A stretch of 64,000 bases of DNA from Betaproteobacteria bacterium RIFCSPLOWO2_02_FULL_67_26 (GCA_001771935.1 MERD01000069.1:70517-134516); one strand, 5' to 3'. Numbered from the stretch's first letter, positions 1-13,292 are shown. Program-made: numbers and translations. Notes: generated by a model not told the origin, from the letters alone.

Positions 1-1
1 C

Positions 2-2932
2 CGGGCCGAGCTTGAAAAGCAGCTCGAGCACCTGCAATCCCAGGCAGAGGTGGCGACGCGCTACCACGAGCTGCAAGCGAAGCTGCGCGCGACGCAGAAC
101 CTGTTGTCGCTGCTGCGAAAGCAGGAGGCAGGCGCGCAGCGCGCACGGCAGGCGCGGGAAATCGAACGGCTTACTCTGGAGCTGGAGGCCGATACCGCAG
201 CGCTGCGCAATGCCGAGAAGCGCGTGGAGGAGCTGCGGGCCCGGCACTATCGCGGGGCGGACGCGGTTCATGCCGCGCAGGGGGCGTTCTACGAGGCGAA
301 CGCGGAGACGGCGCGGCTCGAACAGGAGCTGGCTCACGTGCGCGAGAATCGCCAGCGCGTCGAGCGCGAGCTGGCGGAATTGCGGGCCCAGTCCGAGCGC
401 GACCGCGAGAGCCTCGCGGCGGCGCAGGGCAGCCTGGCCGAGGTGCGCGGCGAGCGGTCCCGGGCGGAAGAAACCCTTGCTCGGCGCGAGGCGGCGCTCA
501 GGAGCGAAAGCGACAAGCTGCCAGTGGCCGAAGAGGCGTTCCGGGCAACCCGCAACCGTTACGACGAATTGCAGCGCGCGCTTGCCCTGGACGAGCAGGC
601 CATGGGGGTGGAGGAGACCAAGCGCGCGCACGGCCGGCAGACGCTGGACCAACTGGCGATCCGCGCGCAACGCCTGCAGGAGGAGCGCTCGGCGCTCCAG
701 CCCGCGGATGCCGCGCGGCTGGCGCAGTTGTACGAGGAGATCGCCGCCTTCGACCGCGAACTGCAACGCCTGCGCGCTGCCATCGAGGACGCCGAACAGG
801 AATTGCCGCGGGTAGATGGCGCATGGCGCGAGTGCGACGCCGCGCGGGAGGCGTCCGGGCAGCACCTCGCCGGACTGGAAGCCCGGCGACAGGCCTTGAC
901 CCAGTTGCAGGAGCGGCTCGCCCGGGGCGCCAACACCGCAGGCTGGCTCGAGGCACGCGGCCTCAACCAGGCGCTGCGGCTGTGGCAGGAAATCCGCATC
1001 GAGCCGGGCTGGGAGGACGCGCTGGAGTCGGTGTTGCGCGAGCGCCTGAACGCGATTGCCCTCGAGCACGTGGACCAGGCCGGGCATTGGTTTGGCGAGC
1101 CGCCCCCGGGGAAGGTCACGGTGTTCGAGCCGGCGCGCAGCCCGTCGCCATCCGCTCCGCCGATGGCGGGATGCGAGCCTCTGCTGCGTTACATCACCTG
1201 CACGAACAGCGGCCTCGAAGCAGTGGTCCGGGACTGGCTGCACCAGGTTTACGTGGTCGCGGACGCGGCGGGCGGCCTTGCCGCGCGCGAGCGGCTTCCT
1301 GCGGGGGCCCTGATGGTGACCCGCGAAGGCCATGTCTTCACCCGCCACGCGGTGAGCTTTCACGCCCCGGACAGCGAATTGCACGGCGTGCTCACGCGGC
1401 AGCGTGAGATCGAGCAGCTCGGGGGCGCGATCGCCAGGGCCCAGCCCGCGTTCGAGGCGTTGCAGCGGTCGGCAGGCATTGCCGAGAAGGCGGTCGAGCA
1501 GGCACGCCGCCGGCTGGACGAGCTGCGCGATGCCGTCAACGGCATGCAAAGCCGCCACCACGCGCTGCAGCTGGAGGCGTTGAAACTCGCCGAGCTCGAT
1601 CAGCGGATGGCCCAGCGCCTCGAACGAATCGCCGCGGAGACCGCCGAGAACGAAGCTCAAGCTGGCGCAGCGGCAACGGGCCTGCAACTCGCGGATCGGC
1701 GCGTCGCCGGGTTGCAGGGGGAGGTCGAGCGCCAGCGCACTCAATTGGCGCTGGCCACCGATCTTTATCGCCGCGCCGAGAACGTCCTGGAGCTCCAGCG
1801 CGCTGCCTTGCAGCAGACCCGGGAGGAGACCCAGCAGGCGGTCTTTCAGAAGCAATCTTGTGATAATAAAATCATAGAGATAACAAACTCTATTAATGCG
1901 ATATCTGAGAATGAAAGACGGCTCGCTGCGGCTCTCGATACGCGCCAGAACGAATACGCCGCTTACGACGAAACGCCGCTGCAACAGCGATTGCAAGAGG
2001 CCCTGACGGCGCACGCCGGACGCGAGCAGGCGCTGGCCGCGGTGCGCGATGCGCTGGAGAGCATGGAAAGCGCCCTCAAGGCAACCGATGAGGAGCGGCA
2101 TGCCTGCGAGCAGAGGCTCGAGCCGCTGCGCGAGCGCATCGCGGAAACACGCTTGAAGGAACAGGAAGCGCGGCTGAACGAGGAACAGCATGCGCAGCAA
2201 TTGGCCGATGCCGGGGCCCACGAAGACGAGGTGGCCCGGCAACTGGAGAAGGGCATGCGGCCCGGAGCGCTGGCGGGCGAGATTGCGCGGCTCAACGAGG
2301 AGGTCAAGGCGCTGGGGGCGGTCAATCTCGCCGCTCTGGAAGAGCTGACGGCCGCGCGCGGTCGCAAGGAATACCTCGACGCCCAGTCGCGCGACCTCGC
2401 CGAGGCCATGGCAACGTTGGAGGACGCGATCCGGCGCATCGACCGCGAGACCCGCGAGCGGCTGCAGCACACGTTCGACGAGGTCAACCGGCATTTCAGC
2501 GAGATGTTCCCGGCGCTGTTCGGCGGCGGGCACGCCCGGCTGATCCTGACCGGCGAGGAAATACTCGACGCCGGCGTGCTGGTGCAGGCGCAGCCGCCCG
2601 GCAAGAAGAACACCACGATCCAGCTGCTGTCGGGCGGCGAGAAGGCGCTCACGGCGCTGGCGCTGGTGTTCTCGATGTTCCAGCTCAACCCGGCGCCGTT
2701 CTGCCTGCTGGACGAGGTCGACGCGCCGCTCGACGACTACAATACCGGGCGCTTTTGCGATCTGGTCAGGAAGATGTCGCAACACTCGCAGTTCCTGTTC
2801 ATCAGCCACAACAAGATCACCATGGAAATCGCCGAGCAGCTGCTCGGCATCACCATGCAGGAGCCGGGCGTCTCGCGCGTGGTGGCGGTCGATATCGAAG
2901 AGGCGATGAAGATAAGGGAAGCCGCGGCCTGA
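2..2932 (+). CDS. smc: Chromosome partition protein Smc, C-terminal part (5' end lies upstream of the window)
   Basis: Frame 2 is open from the window edge to the stop at 2930-2932. Long Ala/Arg/Glu/Leu coiled coil, a hinge-like segment (GWLEARGLNQALRLWQEIRIEPGWEDALESVL), the ABC signature LSGGEKALTALALVFSMF and Walker B FCLLDEVDAPLD. Confidence 0.95.
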   Translation, partial: RAELEKQLEHLQSQAEVATRYHELQAKLRATQNLLSLLRKQEAGAQRARQAREIERLTLELEADTAALRNAEKRVEELRARHYRGADAVHAAQGAFYEANAETARLEQELAHVRENRQRVERELAELRAQSERDRESLAAAQGSLAEVRGERSRAEETLARREAALRSESDKLPVAEEAFRATRNRYDELQRALALDEQAMGVEETKRAHGRQTLDQLAIRAQRLQEERSALQPADAARLAQLYEEIAAFDRELQRLRAAIEDAEQELPRVDGAWRECDAAREASGQHLAGLEARRQALTQLQERLARGANTAGWLEARGLNQALRLWQEIRIEPGWEDALESVLRERLNAIALEHVDQAGHWFGEPPPGKVTVFEPARSPSPSAPPMAGCEPLLRYITCTNSGLEAVVRDWLHQVYVVADAAGGLAARERLPAGALMVTREGHVFTRHAVSFHAPDSELHGVLTRQREIEQLGGAIARAQPAFEALQRSAGIAEKAVEQARRRLDELRDAVNGMQSRHHALQLEALKLAELDQRMAQRLERIAAETAENEAQAGAAATGLQLADRRVAGLQGEVERQRTQLALATDLYRRAENVLELQRAALQQTREETQQAVFQKQSCDNKIIEITNSINAISENERRLAAALDTRQNEYAAYDETPLQQRLQEALTAHAGREQALAAVRDALESMESALKATDEERHACEQRLEPLRERIAETRLKEQEARLNEEQHAQQLADAGAHEDEVARQLEKGMRPGALAGEIARLNEEVKALGAVNLAALEELTAARGRKEYLDAQSRDLAEAMATLEDAIRRIDRETRERLQHTFDEVNRHFSEMFPALFGGGHARLILTGEEILDAGVLVQAQPPGKKNTTIQLLSGGEKALTALALVFSMFQLNPAPFCLLDEVDAPLDDYNTGRFCDLVRKMSQHSQFLFISHNKITMEIAEQLLGITMQEPGVSRVVAVDIEEAMKIREAAA

Positions 2933-2949
2933 TCCCGCGGCGCCTGTCC

Positions 2950-6077
<3,128 letters not shown>

Positions 6078-6080
6078 GCG

Positions 6081-6962
6081 ATGAACAGGATCAGCAAGGC
6101 GGTGTTCCCGGTGGCGGGCATGGGCACGCGGTTCCTCCCGGCGACCAAGGCGAGCCCGAAGGAAATGTTGCCGATCGTGGACAAGCCGCTGATCCAGTAC
6201 GCGGTGGAGGAGGCGGTGGCCGCCGGCATGACCGAGATGATATTCGTCACCGGGCGGGGCAAGCGCGCGATCGAGGACCACTTCGACAAGGCGTTCGAGC
6301 TGGAATCGGAGCTCGCCGCGAAGCGCCGCAAGGATCTGCTCCGGATCGTGCAAACCATCATTCCCCGCAACGTGAGCTGCACCTACGTGCGCCAGCAGCA
6401 GGCCCTGGGGCTGGGGCACGCCATACTTTGTGCCATGCCGGTGGTGGGCGACGCGCCGTTTGCCGTGGTGCTTGCCGATGACCTGATCGACGCCGCCACG
6501 CCCGCCTTGAAGCAGATGTGCGCCGTGTTCGCGCGCCGGGGGCGTTCCGTGATCGCCGTGCAGGACGTGGAGCGGCAGGAAACCCGCCGCTACGGCATCG
6601 TCAGGACCGAACGACGATCGAAATCGCCGCATCGCATCAGCGGCATCGTTGAAAAGCCCGAGCCCGCGGCCGCGCCGTCGACGCTGGGCGTGGTGGGGCG
6701 CTATATCCTGACTCCGCGCGTATTCCATCACCTGCAGCGTGTCCGTCCCGGAGCGGGCGGCGAAATTCAGTTGACTGACGCGATTGCCGCGCTGATCGCG
6801 GAAGAAGACGTGTTCGCCCACGAGTTCGAGGGCATACGCTACGACTGCGGGAGCAAGCTCGGTTACCTTCAGGCCAACCTCCAGTTCGCGACCCGGCATC
6901 CGGAGGTCGGCTCGGAATTCAGGCGCTACCTGCGCAGCCTGGGATGCCGGATCCCGAAGTAG
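6081..6962 (+). CDS. galU: UTP--glucose-1-phosphate uridylyltransferase
   Basis: N-terminus [40 protein letters not shown] is the GalU nucleotide-binding signature. 293 aa. Confidence 0.95.
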   Translation: MNRISKAVFPVAGMGTRFLPATKASPKEMLPIVDKPLIQYAVEEAVAAGMTEMIFVTGRGKRAIEDHFDKAFELESELAAKRRKDLLRIVQTIIPRNVSCTYVRQQQALGLGHAILCAMPVVGDAPFAVVLADDLIDAATPALKQMCAVFARRGRSVIAVQDVERQETRRYGIVRTERRSKSPHRISGIVEKPEPAAAPSTLGVVGRYILTPRVFHHLQRVRPGAGGEIQLTDAIAALIAEEDVFAHEFEGIRYDCGSKLGYLQANLQFATRHPEVGSEFRRYLRSLGCRIPK

Positions 6963-6970
6963 CGCGCCGC

Positions 6971-7528
6971 ATGGCACTTTCCCCCGACCAGGCGCGGCGC
7001 GTGCTCGAGACGGCGGAGCTGCTTTGCCCGGCCGCGGACGTCGCCGCAACGGTCGCGCGCATGGCGCGGGAGATTTCCGCCGCGCTGGCGGACAGTTTTC
7101 CGCTCGTGCTGGTCGTGATGCGCGGGGCCGTGATTTTCGCCGGTCAGCTGCTGCCGCAATTGAGGTTCCCGCTCCAGGTCGACTACGTCGACCTGACGCG
7201 CTACGGCGACGCGACGCGCGGCGGCGAGATCACCTGGAGGGCGGCCCCGGGCATCACCGTGGCCGGACGCGTGGTGCTGGTGCTCGATGACATCCAGGAC
7301 GAGGGTCACACGCTCGCCGCGATACGCGGCAAGCTGCTCGCGGATGGCGCGCGCCAGGTCTGCACTGCGGTATTCGCGGAAAAAGATATCGGCCACGCAA
7401 AGCCCTACACCGCCGATTACGTCGGGGTCCGGCTGCCCAACCGCTACGTGTTCGGATTCGGCATGGACGTGAGCGGCGCCTGGCGCAACCTGCCGGAAAT
7501 TTACGCACTCAAGGAGGGGCATGAGTAA
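6971..7528 (+). CDS. hpt: Hypoxanthine-guanine phosphoribosyltransferase family protein
   Basis: PRPP-binding loop VVLVLDDIQDEGHTL. I preferred the internal ATG at 6971 (MALSPDQARRVLE) to the 6944 start, which overlaps galU. The exact start is uncertain. Confidence 0.8.
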   Translation: MALSPDQARRVLETAELLCPAADVAATVARMAREISAALADSFPLVLVVMRGAVIFAGQLLPQLRFPLQVDYVDLTRYGDATRGGEITWRAAPGITVAGRVVLVLDDIQDEGHTLAAIRGKLLADGARQVCTAVFAEKDIGHAKPYTADYVGVRLPNRYVFGFGMDVSGAWRNLPEIYALKEGHE

Positions 7529-7544
7529 TGCGTAAAAGCGATCT

Positions 7545-8291
7545 ATGTTAGGAATCATCGGCGGCAGCGGCCTCGACCGGCTCGACGGTCTCGAGGCACC
7601 ACGGAAAAAGGCCGTTCGCACGCCCTACGGCAGGCCCTCGGGGGCGCTTGCGTTCGGGCGCATGCAGGGGCGAGAGGTCGTGTTCCTCGCGCGGCACGGC
7701 CCCCGCCACGCCATTGCGCCGCACGAAGTGAACTACCGAGCCAATATCTGGGCGCTGCACGCGCAACGCGTCAAGGATGTCGTGTCCGTTGCTTCGGTGG
7801 GCGGCATCCACCCGGACCTCGTTCCTGGCACGCTCGTGGTTCCTGACCAGATCATCGACTACACCCACGGACGCCGTGCCACGTTCGGCAGGCTCACGGA
7901 TGGCGCGGTGATGCACGTTGACTTCACCCGGCCTTATTGCGAATCCCTGCGCCAGCGGCTGCTCCGGGCGGCCGCGGTGGCAGGGGAGCGGATTGCGGTG
8001 GAAGGAACCTACGCCGCGACACAAGGCCCGCGGCTGGAGACGGCCGCCGAGATCGATCGCCTCGAGCGCGACGGCGCCGATATGGTGGGGATGACCGGCA
8101 TGCCGGAAGCCGCGCTCGCGCGCGAGCTCGGCCTGTGCTACGCCGCGATCGCGGTGGTCGTCAATCACGCTGCCGGGCGCGGCACGAGCATCGAGGAGGT
8201 TCGGCTCGCGGATTTCAGCGAAGTCATGCAGCGCGCCATGACGCGCGTCCGCAGCGTTCTCAACCGTCTGGTGGGGCTCGATGGCGATTAG
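7545..8291 (+). CDS. mtnP: S-methyl-5'-thioadenosine/thioinosine phosphorylase (MTAP family purine nucleoside phosphorylase)
   Basis: MLGIIGGSG..., [25 protein letters not shown] and [19 protein letters not shown] are MTAP/PNP family motifs. Confidence 0.85.
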   Translation: MLGIIGGSGLDRLDGLEAPRKKAVRTPYGRPSGALAFGRMQGREVVFLARHGPRHAIAPHEVNYRANIWALHAQRVKDVVSVASVGGIHPDLVPGTLVVPDQIIDYTHGRRATFGRLTDGAVMHVDFTRPYCESLRQRLLRAAAVAGERIAVEGTYAATQGPRLETAAEIDRLERDGADMVGMTGMPEAALARELGLCYAAIAVVVNHAAGRGTSIEEVRLADFSEVMQRAMTRVRSVLNRLVGLDGD

Positions 8292-8814
8292 GACGGTGCT
8301 GCGAATGGGCGATCCGCGCCTGCTCGAGCCGTCGCGACGGGTCGAGCCGCTCGATACGCCCGAGCTGCACGCGCTGATCGCGGACATGGAGGACACGATG
8401 AAGGCGCTCAACGGCGCCGGCCTCGCGGCGCCGCAGATCGGCGTGGACCTGCAGGTCGTGATTTTCGGGGTCGAATTCAACCCCCGCTATCCTGAAGCCG
8501 AACCGGTGCCCTACACGGTACTGGTCAATCCGGTGCTCAACCCCGTCGGCAACGAGATGGAAGAGGGCTGGGAAGGCTGCTTGAGCGTCCCCGGGATGCG
8601 CGGACTCGTTCCGCGCTTGAGCCGGTTGCGCTATCTGGGTAGCGATCAGTTCGGCCGGCCGATCGACCGCACCGTGAGCGGATTCCATGCGCGCGTGGTG
8701 CAGCACGAGTGCGACCACCTCGCGGGCATCCTCTACCCCATGCGCATCCGCGATCTGCGCAATTTCGGCTACAACGAGGAGCTGTTCCCCGGGGAGGATC
8801 TGCAGGAGGAATGA
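8281..8814 (+). CDS. def: Peptide deformylase
   Basis: All three deformylase motifs are present: [23 protein letters not shown]. It overlaps the end of mtnP by 11 nt. Confidence 0.95.
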   Translation: MAIRTVLRMGDPRLLEPSRRVEPLDTPELHALIADMEDTMKALNGAGLAAPQIGVDLQVVIFGVEFNPRYPEAEPVPYTVLVNPVLNPVGNEMEEGWEGCLSVPGMRGLVPRLSRLRYLGSDQFGRPIDRTVSGFHARVVQHECDHLAGILYPMRIRDLRNFGYNEELFPGEDLQEE

Positions 8815-8820
8815 GGCGGG

Positions 8821-11412
8821 TCAGGTGCGCAGCTGCTCGACGAGGTCGCCTTCCAGTCGCACCACCGTCCTGGAGTCCCTCAATGCCGCGCCGGTGACGA
8901 GGAACACGTCCTCGGCACGGGCGCCTAGCGTGTTGATCTTGGCGGTGTGCAGGTTGACGTCGTAGGCGGTGAGCACGCGCGCGATGCGCGAGAGCAGCCC
9001 CGGCCGGTCGCCGGCGATCACCGACAACACCCACAAAGTGCCTTTCTCGTCGGGCTGGACGTTGACCTCGGGCGAGATGGGAAAGTGCCGCAACTGCCGG
9101 GAGAGCCGCGGCTTGGTGAGCGGCGGCAGCGGCGCCTTGTGCAGCAGGCGCTCGGCGAGATCGTGCTCGATCAGGCCGATGACGTCGCGGTACTGCGGCC
9201 GCCGGTTGTCCGGGTCCTGCACCTGGAAGCTGTCGAGCGCGTAGCCATGGCGGGTGGTGTAGATCTTGGCCTCGTAGATGTCGTAGCTGATGCGCTCGAA
9301 AAAGCTGCAGATGCGCGCGAACAGTTCCTTCTGGTCGGGCACGTAGATCATCACCTGCAGGCCTTCGCCGGCGGGCGACAGGCGCGCCTTGACCACGGGC
9401 TCCTGCGATTCGAAGCGGTAATAGAGCATGCGCGCATGCCAGGCGATCTCCTGTGGCTCGTGGCGCAGGAAGTAGGTGTCGTCGAGCTGGGCCCACAGTT
9501 TTTTCTCGGCAGCCTCCGGCACCGCGTACAGCCGCAGCTTGGCGCGCGCCTCCTCCTGGCGCGCCTGCAGGCTGCTGGCGAGCGTCGGCCGGTCGCCGGC
9601 GAGGAGCCGGCGCGTCGCCCAGAACAGGTCTTCGAGCAGCTTCGCCTTCCAGGCGTTCCACACCCTGGGGCTGGTGCCGCGGATGTCGGCAACCGTCAGC
9701 AGGTGCAGCGCGACAAGGTGGCGCTCGTCGCCGACGCGCTGCGCGAACGCCTGCACCACCGCCGGGTCGGCGGTGTCCTGCTTCTGGGCCGTGGCCGACA
9801 TCACCAGGTGGTTCTCGACCAGCCAGGCCGTGAGCTCGGCGTCCTCCCGCGCCAACCCGTGCTCCCGGCAGAAGCGGCGCGCATCGACGGCGCCCAGCTG
9901 CGAGTGATCGCCGCCGCGCCCCTTCGCGATATCGTGAAACAGGGCCGCGAGATACAGCACTTCGGTGCGCTCGAAGCCGCTCATCAGGCGGCTGCACAGC
10001 GGGAACTCGTGCGCGAGCTCGGGTATCGAGAACCGGCGCAGGTTGCGGATCACGCGCAGGATATGCTCGTCCACGGTGTGCACGTGGTAGAGGTCGTGCT
10101 GCATCTGTCCCACGATGCGCCCGAAGCTGGGAAGGTAGCGCCCAAGCACGCCGTTCTCGTTCATGCGCCGCAGGGCCCGTTCCACGTGGGACGGGCTTCT
10201 CACGATCTGAAGGAAACGCTCGCGGTTCCGGGGGGCGCGCCGGAACGCCGGGTTGATCAGCCGCCGGGCCCGCCACAGGGCGCGCAGCGTCGCCGCGCCC
10301 ATGCCCTTCAGCTCGTGGCGCTGCTGCAGCAGCAGGAAGCATTCCAGAATCGCGCCCGGCTCGCGCTGGAACAGCCGCTCGTCGCGCGCCTCCAGCAGCT
10401 CGTCCCGAGTGCCGAAATGCTCGTTGATCGGGCGGTACTCGTGGTCCCGGGGCGGGGTGATGCGCGCACCGAGGTTCTGCAGCACGATCGCGCTCGACTG
10501 TGACACCGCCTTCGCGGTGCGGTGGTAGCGCTGCATCAGCTGTTCGCTCGCCAGGCGATGCGGCCGGTCGTGCAAGCCGATCTCGCGCGCAAGCGCCGTC
10601 TGGAAATCGAACAGCAACCGGTCCTCGCGCCGGCCCGCGTGATAGTGCATCCGGATGCGAAGCGACTGCAGGAATTGCTCATGCTGATGGATCTCGCGGG
10701 CTTCGGACGGCGTTAACACTCCCCGGCGGGCGAGATCCCGCCAGCTCTTGCCGATGCCTGCGGCGCGGGCGATCCAGAGTATCGTTTGCAGGTCGCGCAG
10801 CCCGCCGGCGCTCTCCTTGATGTTGGGCTCCAGCGTGGTGGCTGCGTAGCGCGCGTGGCGCTGCTGCTGCTCGAGCAGCTTGGCCTGCATGAATCCGGCC
10901 GGATCGAGCGCGTCCCGCATGCGCCTGACGAAGCGGGCGTACAGATCGCGCTTGCCCGCAAGCAGCCGCGCCTCGAGCAGAGTGGTCTGCACCGTAACGT
11001 CTGTCGCGGCGATCGTGACGCATTCGTCCACGGTCCGCACGCTGTGGCCCACCTCGATCCCGCTGTCCCACAACGTGCCGATGAAATCCTCGACCTTGCG
11101 CGCGAGGACGGGGTCCGCCGCAGCCGAGAGCAGGATCAGGAGGTCGACGTCCGAGCAGGGAAATTGATCGCCGCGACCGTAGCCGCCCACCGCAGCGAGC
11201 GCCGCGTTGCGCGGCATGGCGTGGCTCGCCCACATTTCCTTGAGCTGGCGGTCGACCATCGCGGTCTGGCGTCGCAGCAGGTCACGGGGCGATTCACGGG
11301 CGGCGAACTGCTTGCGCAGCTGGGCGCGCTGCGCCGCGAGCCGCTGCTTCCAGTGGCCGACACGCGCCTGAAAGGAGGGCGCAGCGGGGAACACGGCCTG
11401 GAGATCAGCCAT
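8821..11412 (-). CDS. glnD: Bifunctional [protein-PII] uridylyltransferase/uridylyl-removing enzyme GlnD
   Basis: 863 aa. Nucleotidyltransferase motif GGYGRGDQFPCSDVDLLIL, an HD domain (LFHDIAKGRGGDHS) and two C-terminal ACT-like repeats. Confidence 0.95.
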   Translation of the reverse strand: MADLQAVFPAAPSFQARVGHWKQRLAAQRAQLRKQFAARESPRDLLRRQTAMVDRQLKEMWASHAMPRNAALAAVGGYGRGDQFPCSDVDLLILLSAAADPVLARKVEDFIGTLWDSGIEVGHSVRTVDECVTIAATDVTVQTTLLEARLLAGKRDLYARFVRRMRDALDPAGFMQAKLLEQQQRHARYAATTLEPNIKESAGGLRDLQTILWIARAAGIGKSWRDLARRGVLTPSEAREIHQHEQFLQSLRIRMHYHAGRREDRLLFDFQTALAREIGLHDRPHRLASEQLMQRYHRTAKAVSQSSAIVLQNLGARITPPRDHEYRPINEHFGTRDELLEARDERLFQREPGAILECFLLLQQRHELKGMGAATLRALWRARRLINPAFRRAPRNRERFLQIVRSPSHVERALRRMNENGVLGRYLPSFGRIVGQMQHDLYHVHTVDEHILRVIRNLRRFSIPELAHEFPLCSRLMSGFERTEVLYLAALFHDIAKGRGGDHSQLGAVDARRFCREHGLAREDAELTAWLVENHLVMSATAQKQDTADPAVVQAFAQRVGDERHLVALHLLTVADIRGTSPRVWNAWKAKLLEDLFWATRRLLAGDRPTLASSLQARQEEARAKLRLYAVPEAAEKKLWAQLDDTYFLRHEPQEIAWHARMLYYRFESQEPVVKARLSPAGEGLQVMIYVPDQKELFARICSFFERISYDIYEAKIYTTRHGYALDSFQVQDPDNRRPQYRDVIGLIEHDLAERLLHKAPLPPLTKPRLSRQLRHFPISPEVNVQPDEKGTLWVLSVIAGDRPGLLSRIARVLTAYDVNLHTAKINTLGARAEDVFLVTGAALRDSRTVVRLEGDLVEQLRT

Positions 11413-11415
11413 GCC

Positions 11416-12216
11416 TCAGGAATCGAGCGCCGGAGGCGGCGGCGCGCCCGCCGAACGCGTGAGCACTTCGTAGCCCGATCCCGTCACCAGCAAGGTGTGC
11501 TCCCATTGCGCCGACAGGCTGTGATCCTTGGTCACGACCGTCCAGCCGTCAGCGAGCTGGCGGATTTCCGGCCGGCCGGCATTGATCATCGGTTCGATGG
11601 TGAAGGTCATGCCCGGCTCGAGCTTCAGCCCCACGCCCGGCCTGCCGTAGTGCAGCACCTGGGGCTCCTCGTGGAACCGCTTGCCGATGCCGTGGCCGCA
11701 GAACTCGCGCACCACGCTGTAGCCGTGGCGCTCCGCGTGTTCCTGTATCGCGTGGCCGATGTCGCCCAGGTGGGCGCCCGGCCGCACCGCCTCGATGCCG
11801 TGCCACAGGCAGTCGTAGGTGACCTCGCACAGCCGCCGTGCCTGGATCGACGGGCGACCGAGATAGAACATGCGGCTGGTATCGCCGTGGAAGCCGTCCT
11901 TGATGACCGTGACGTCGATATTGATGATGTCCCCCGAGCGCAGCTTCTTGTCGCCCGGCACGCCGTGGCAGACCACGTGGTTCACCGAGGTGCAGATGGA
12001 CTTGGGGTACGGCTGGTAGCCGGGAGGCGCGTAGTTGAGGGGCGCGGGTGTCGCCGCCTGCACCCCGACGATGAAGTCGTGGCAGAGGCGGTCGAGCTCG
12101 CCGGTCGTGGCGCCGACCTTCACGTGGGGCGCGATGAAGTCGAGGACCTCGGCGGCGAGCTGCCCCGCAACACGCATCTTTTCGATTTCCTGCGGGGATT
12201 TGATGCTGACGGCCAT
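11416..12216 (-). CDS. map: Type I methionine aminopeptidase
   Basis: Internal ATG at 12216 (MAVSIKSPQEIEKMRVAGQLAAEVL). Metal-ligand segments HGVPGDKKLRSGDIINIDV, FCGHGIG and EHTLLVT. Confidence 0.95.
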   Translation of the reverse strand: MAVSIKSPQEIEKMRVAGQLAAEVLDFIAPHVKVGATTGELDRLCHDFIVGVQAATPAPLNYAPPGYQPYPKSICTSVNHVVCHGVPGDKKLRSGDIINIDVTVIKDGFHGDTSRMFYLGRPSIQARRLCEVTYDCLWHGIEAVRPGAHLGDIGHAIQEHAERHGYSVVREFCGHGIGKRFHEEPQVLHYGRPGVGLKLEPGMTFTIEPMINAGRPEIRQLADGWTVVTKDHSLSAQWEHTLLVTGSGYEVLTRSAGAPPPPALDS

Positions 12217-12320
12217 GGAGCGCGGCCTGCGCCGCGGCAGCGGGTGGTGAGGTACCGGGGTTTTCAAGGACAGCGGATTTTAGTCCAGAACGCCGTCCCA
12301 CGCACGGGGTGAGGCGCGTC

Positions 12321-12350
12321 TTGAGAACAGCAAGATTTCCGTGATAAACT
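12321..12350 (+). promoter_or_regulatory. Candidate sigma-70 promoter for rpsB-tsf: TTGAGA-N18-TG-n-TAAACT
   Basis: TTGAGA at 12321-12326. TAAACT at 12345-12350, preceded by TGA (extended -10 type). It lies about 150 nt upstream of the rpsB ATG in an AT-richer stretch of the map/rpsB divergent region. Confidence 0.4.
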
Positions 12351-12503
12351 AGCAAGTTAGCTTGGTCGATCCCGTATTTTCCGTAATGTCGGGGCGTCCA
12401 GCTCAAACCGCACATCTGCCAATGTGAGGGTGGCCGCCCGCAGCAAGTGATCTGGCGGCCTTCTCGGCGGATGGAGGCTCAACCCTTACAGGAGAAGTCT
12501 GGC

Positions 12504-13247
12504 ATGTCAGTCACCATGCGTGAAATGCTCGAAGCGGGCGTCCATTTCGGGCACCAAACCCGCTACTGGAATCCGAGGATGGCGCCGTACATCTTCGGGC
12601 ACCGCAACAAGATCCACATCGTCAACCTCGAGAAGACCCTGGCGATGTACCAGGACGCCGTGAAGTTCGTGCGCAAGCTATCGGCCAACAAGGGCGCCGT
12701 CCTGTTCGTCGGCACCAAGCGCCAGGCGCGCGAGATCATCAAGGAAGAGGCGCTGCGCTGCGGCGCGCCCTACGTGGACTACCGCTGGCTGGGCGGCATG
12801 CTGACCAACTACAAGACCGTCAAGCAGTCGATCAAGCGGCTGAAGGACATGGAAGCCATGGTGCAGGACGGCTCGATGGACAAGCTGCCGAAAAAGGAAG
12901 CGCTGCATTACCAGCGCGAGATCGCGAAGCTCGACCGCAGCCTCGGCGGCATCAAGAACATGAACGGACTGCCGGACGCGCTGTTCGTCATCGACGTCGG
13001 CTACCAGAAGGGCGCGGTGGCGGAAGCGAGCAAGCTCGGCATCCCGGTCATCGCGGTGGTGGACACCAACCATACGCCGGAGGGCGTGGCCTACGTGATT
13101 CCCGGCAACGACGATTCGAGCCGCGCGATCCGTCTCTATGTCCGCGGCATGGCCGACGCGGTGCTGGAAGGCCACCAGGACAGCCTGACGGAAATCGTGA
13201 AGGGCGGCGACGAGTTCGTGGAAGTCGAGGAGGGCGAGGGCGCCTGA
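12504..13247 (+). CDS. rpsB: 30S ribosomal protein S2
   Basis: ATG at 12504 preceded by AGGAGA (12490-12495). [26 protein letters not shown] matches the S2 N-terminus. Confidence 0.97.
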   Translation: MSVTMREMLEAGVHFGHQTRYWNPRMAPYIFGHRNKIHIVNLEKTLAMYQDAVKFVRKLSANKGAVLFVGTKRQAREIIKEEALRCGAPYVDYRWLGGMLTNYKTVKQSIKRLKDMEAMVQDGSMDKLPKKEALHYQREIAKLDRSLGGIKNMNGLPDALFVIDVGYQKGAVAEASKLGIPVIAVVDTNHTPEGVAYVIPGNDDSSRAIRLYVRGMADAVLEGHQDSLTEIVKGGDEFVEVEEGEGA

Positions 13248-13269
13248 GGCGGCGGCTCGCAGCGGCTTC

Positions 13270-13292
13270 GGGGGCGTGAGCCCCCTTTTTTT
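13270..13292 (+). terminator. Intrinsic terminator/attenuator hairpin between rpsB and tsf
   Basis: GGGGGC (13270-13275), GTGA loop, GCCCCC (13280-13285), then seven T (13286-13292). Confidence 0.55.

Noticed and set aside
1868-1900. Promoter-like hexamers (TTGTGA, TATTAAT) inside the smc AT-rich island.
   Set aside because: The spacing between the -35-like and -10-like elements is far from 17 bp on either strand. I reported the island only as a compositional anomaly.
2755-2949. N-terminal extensions implied by the ORF track for zipA. The same applies to ligA 3363, map 12267, rpsB 12447, frr 14922, rseP 18260, lpxA 24079, lpxB 24951, ppsR 30906, pyrG 33052, kdsA 33852, folD 37409, rseB 45985, degP 46884, lepB 50457, era 52675, pdxJ 53127 and uvrC 58104.
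   Set aside because: The extensions overlap the preceding genes, are Arg/Pro-rich, and precede internal starts that match the known family N-termini. Many of those internal starts also have SD sequences or ATGA/GTGA coupling overlaps.
8537-10342. A 601-aa minus-strand ORF and a 518-aa plus-strand ORF (8947..10503) overlapping glnD.
   Set aside because: They are out of frame with or antisense to the well-supported glnD frame (NTase, HD and ACT motifs). Their translations are Arg/Pro/Ala-rich strings without motifs.
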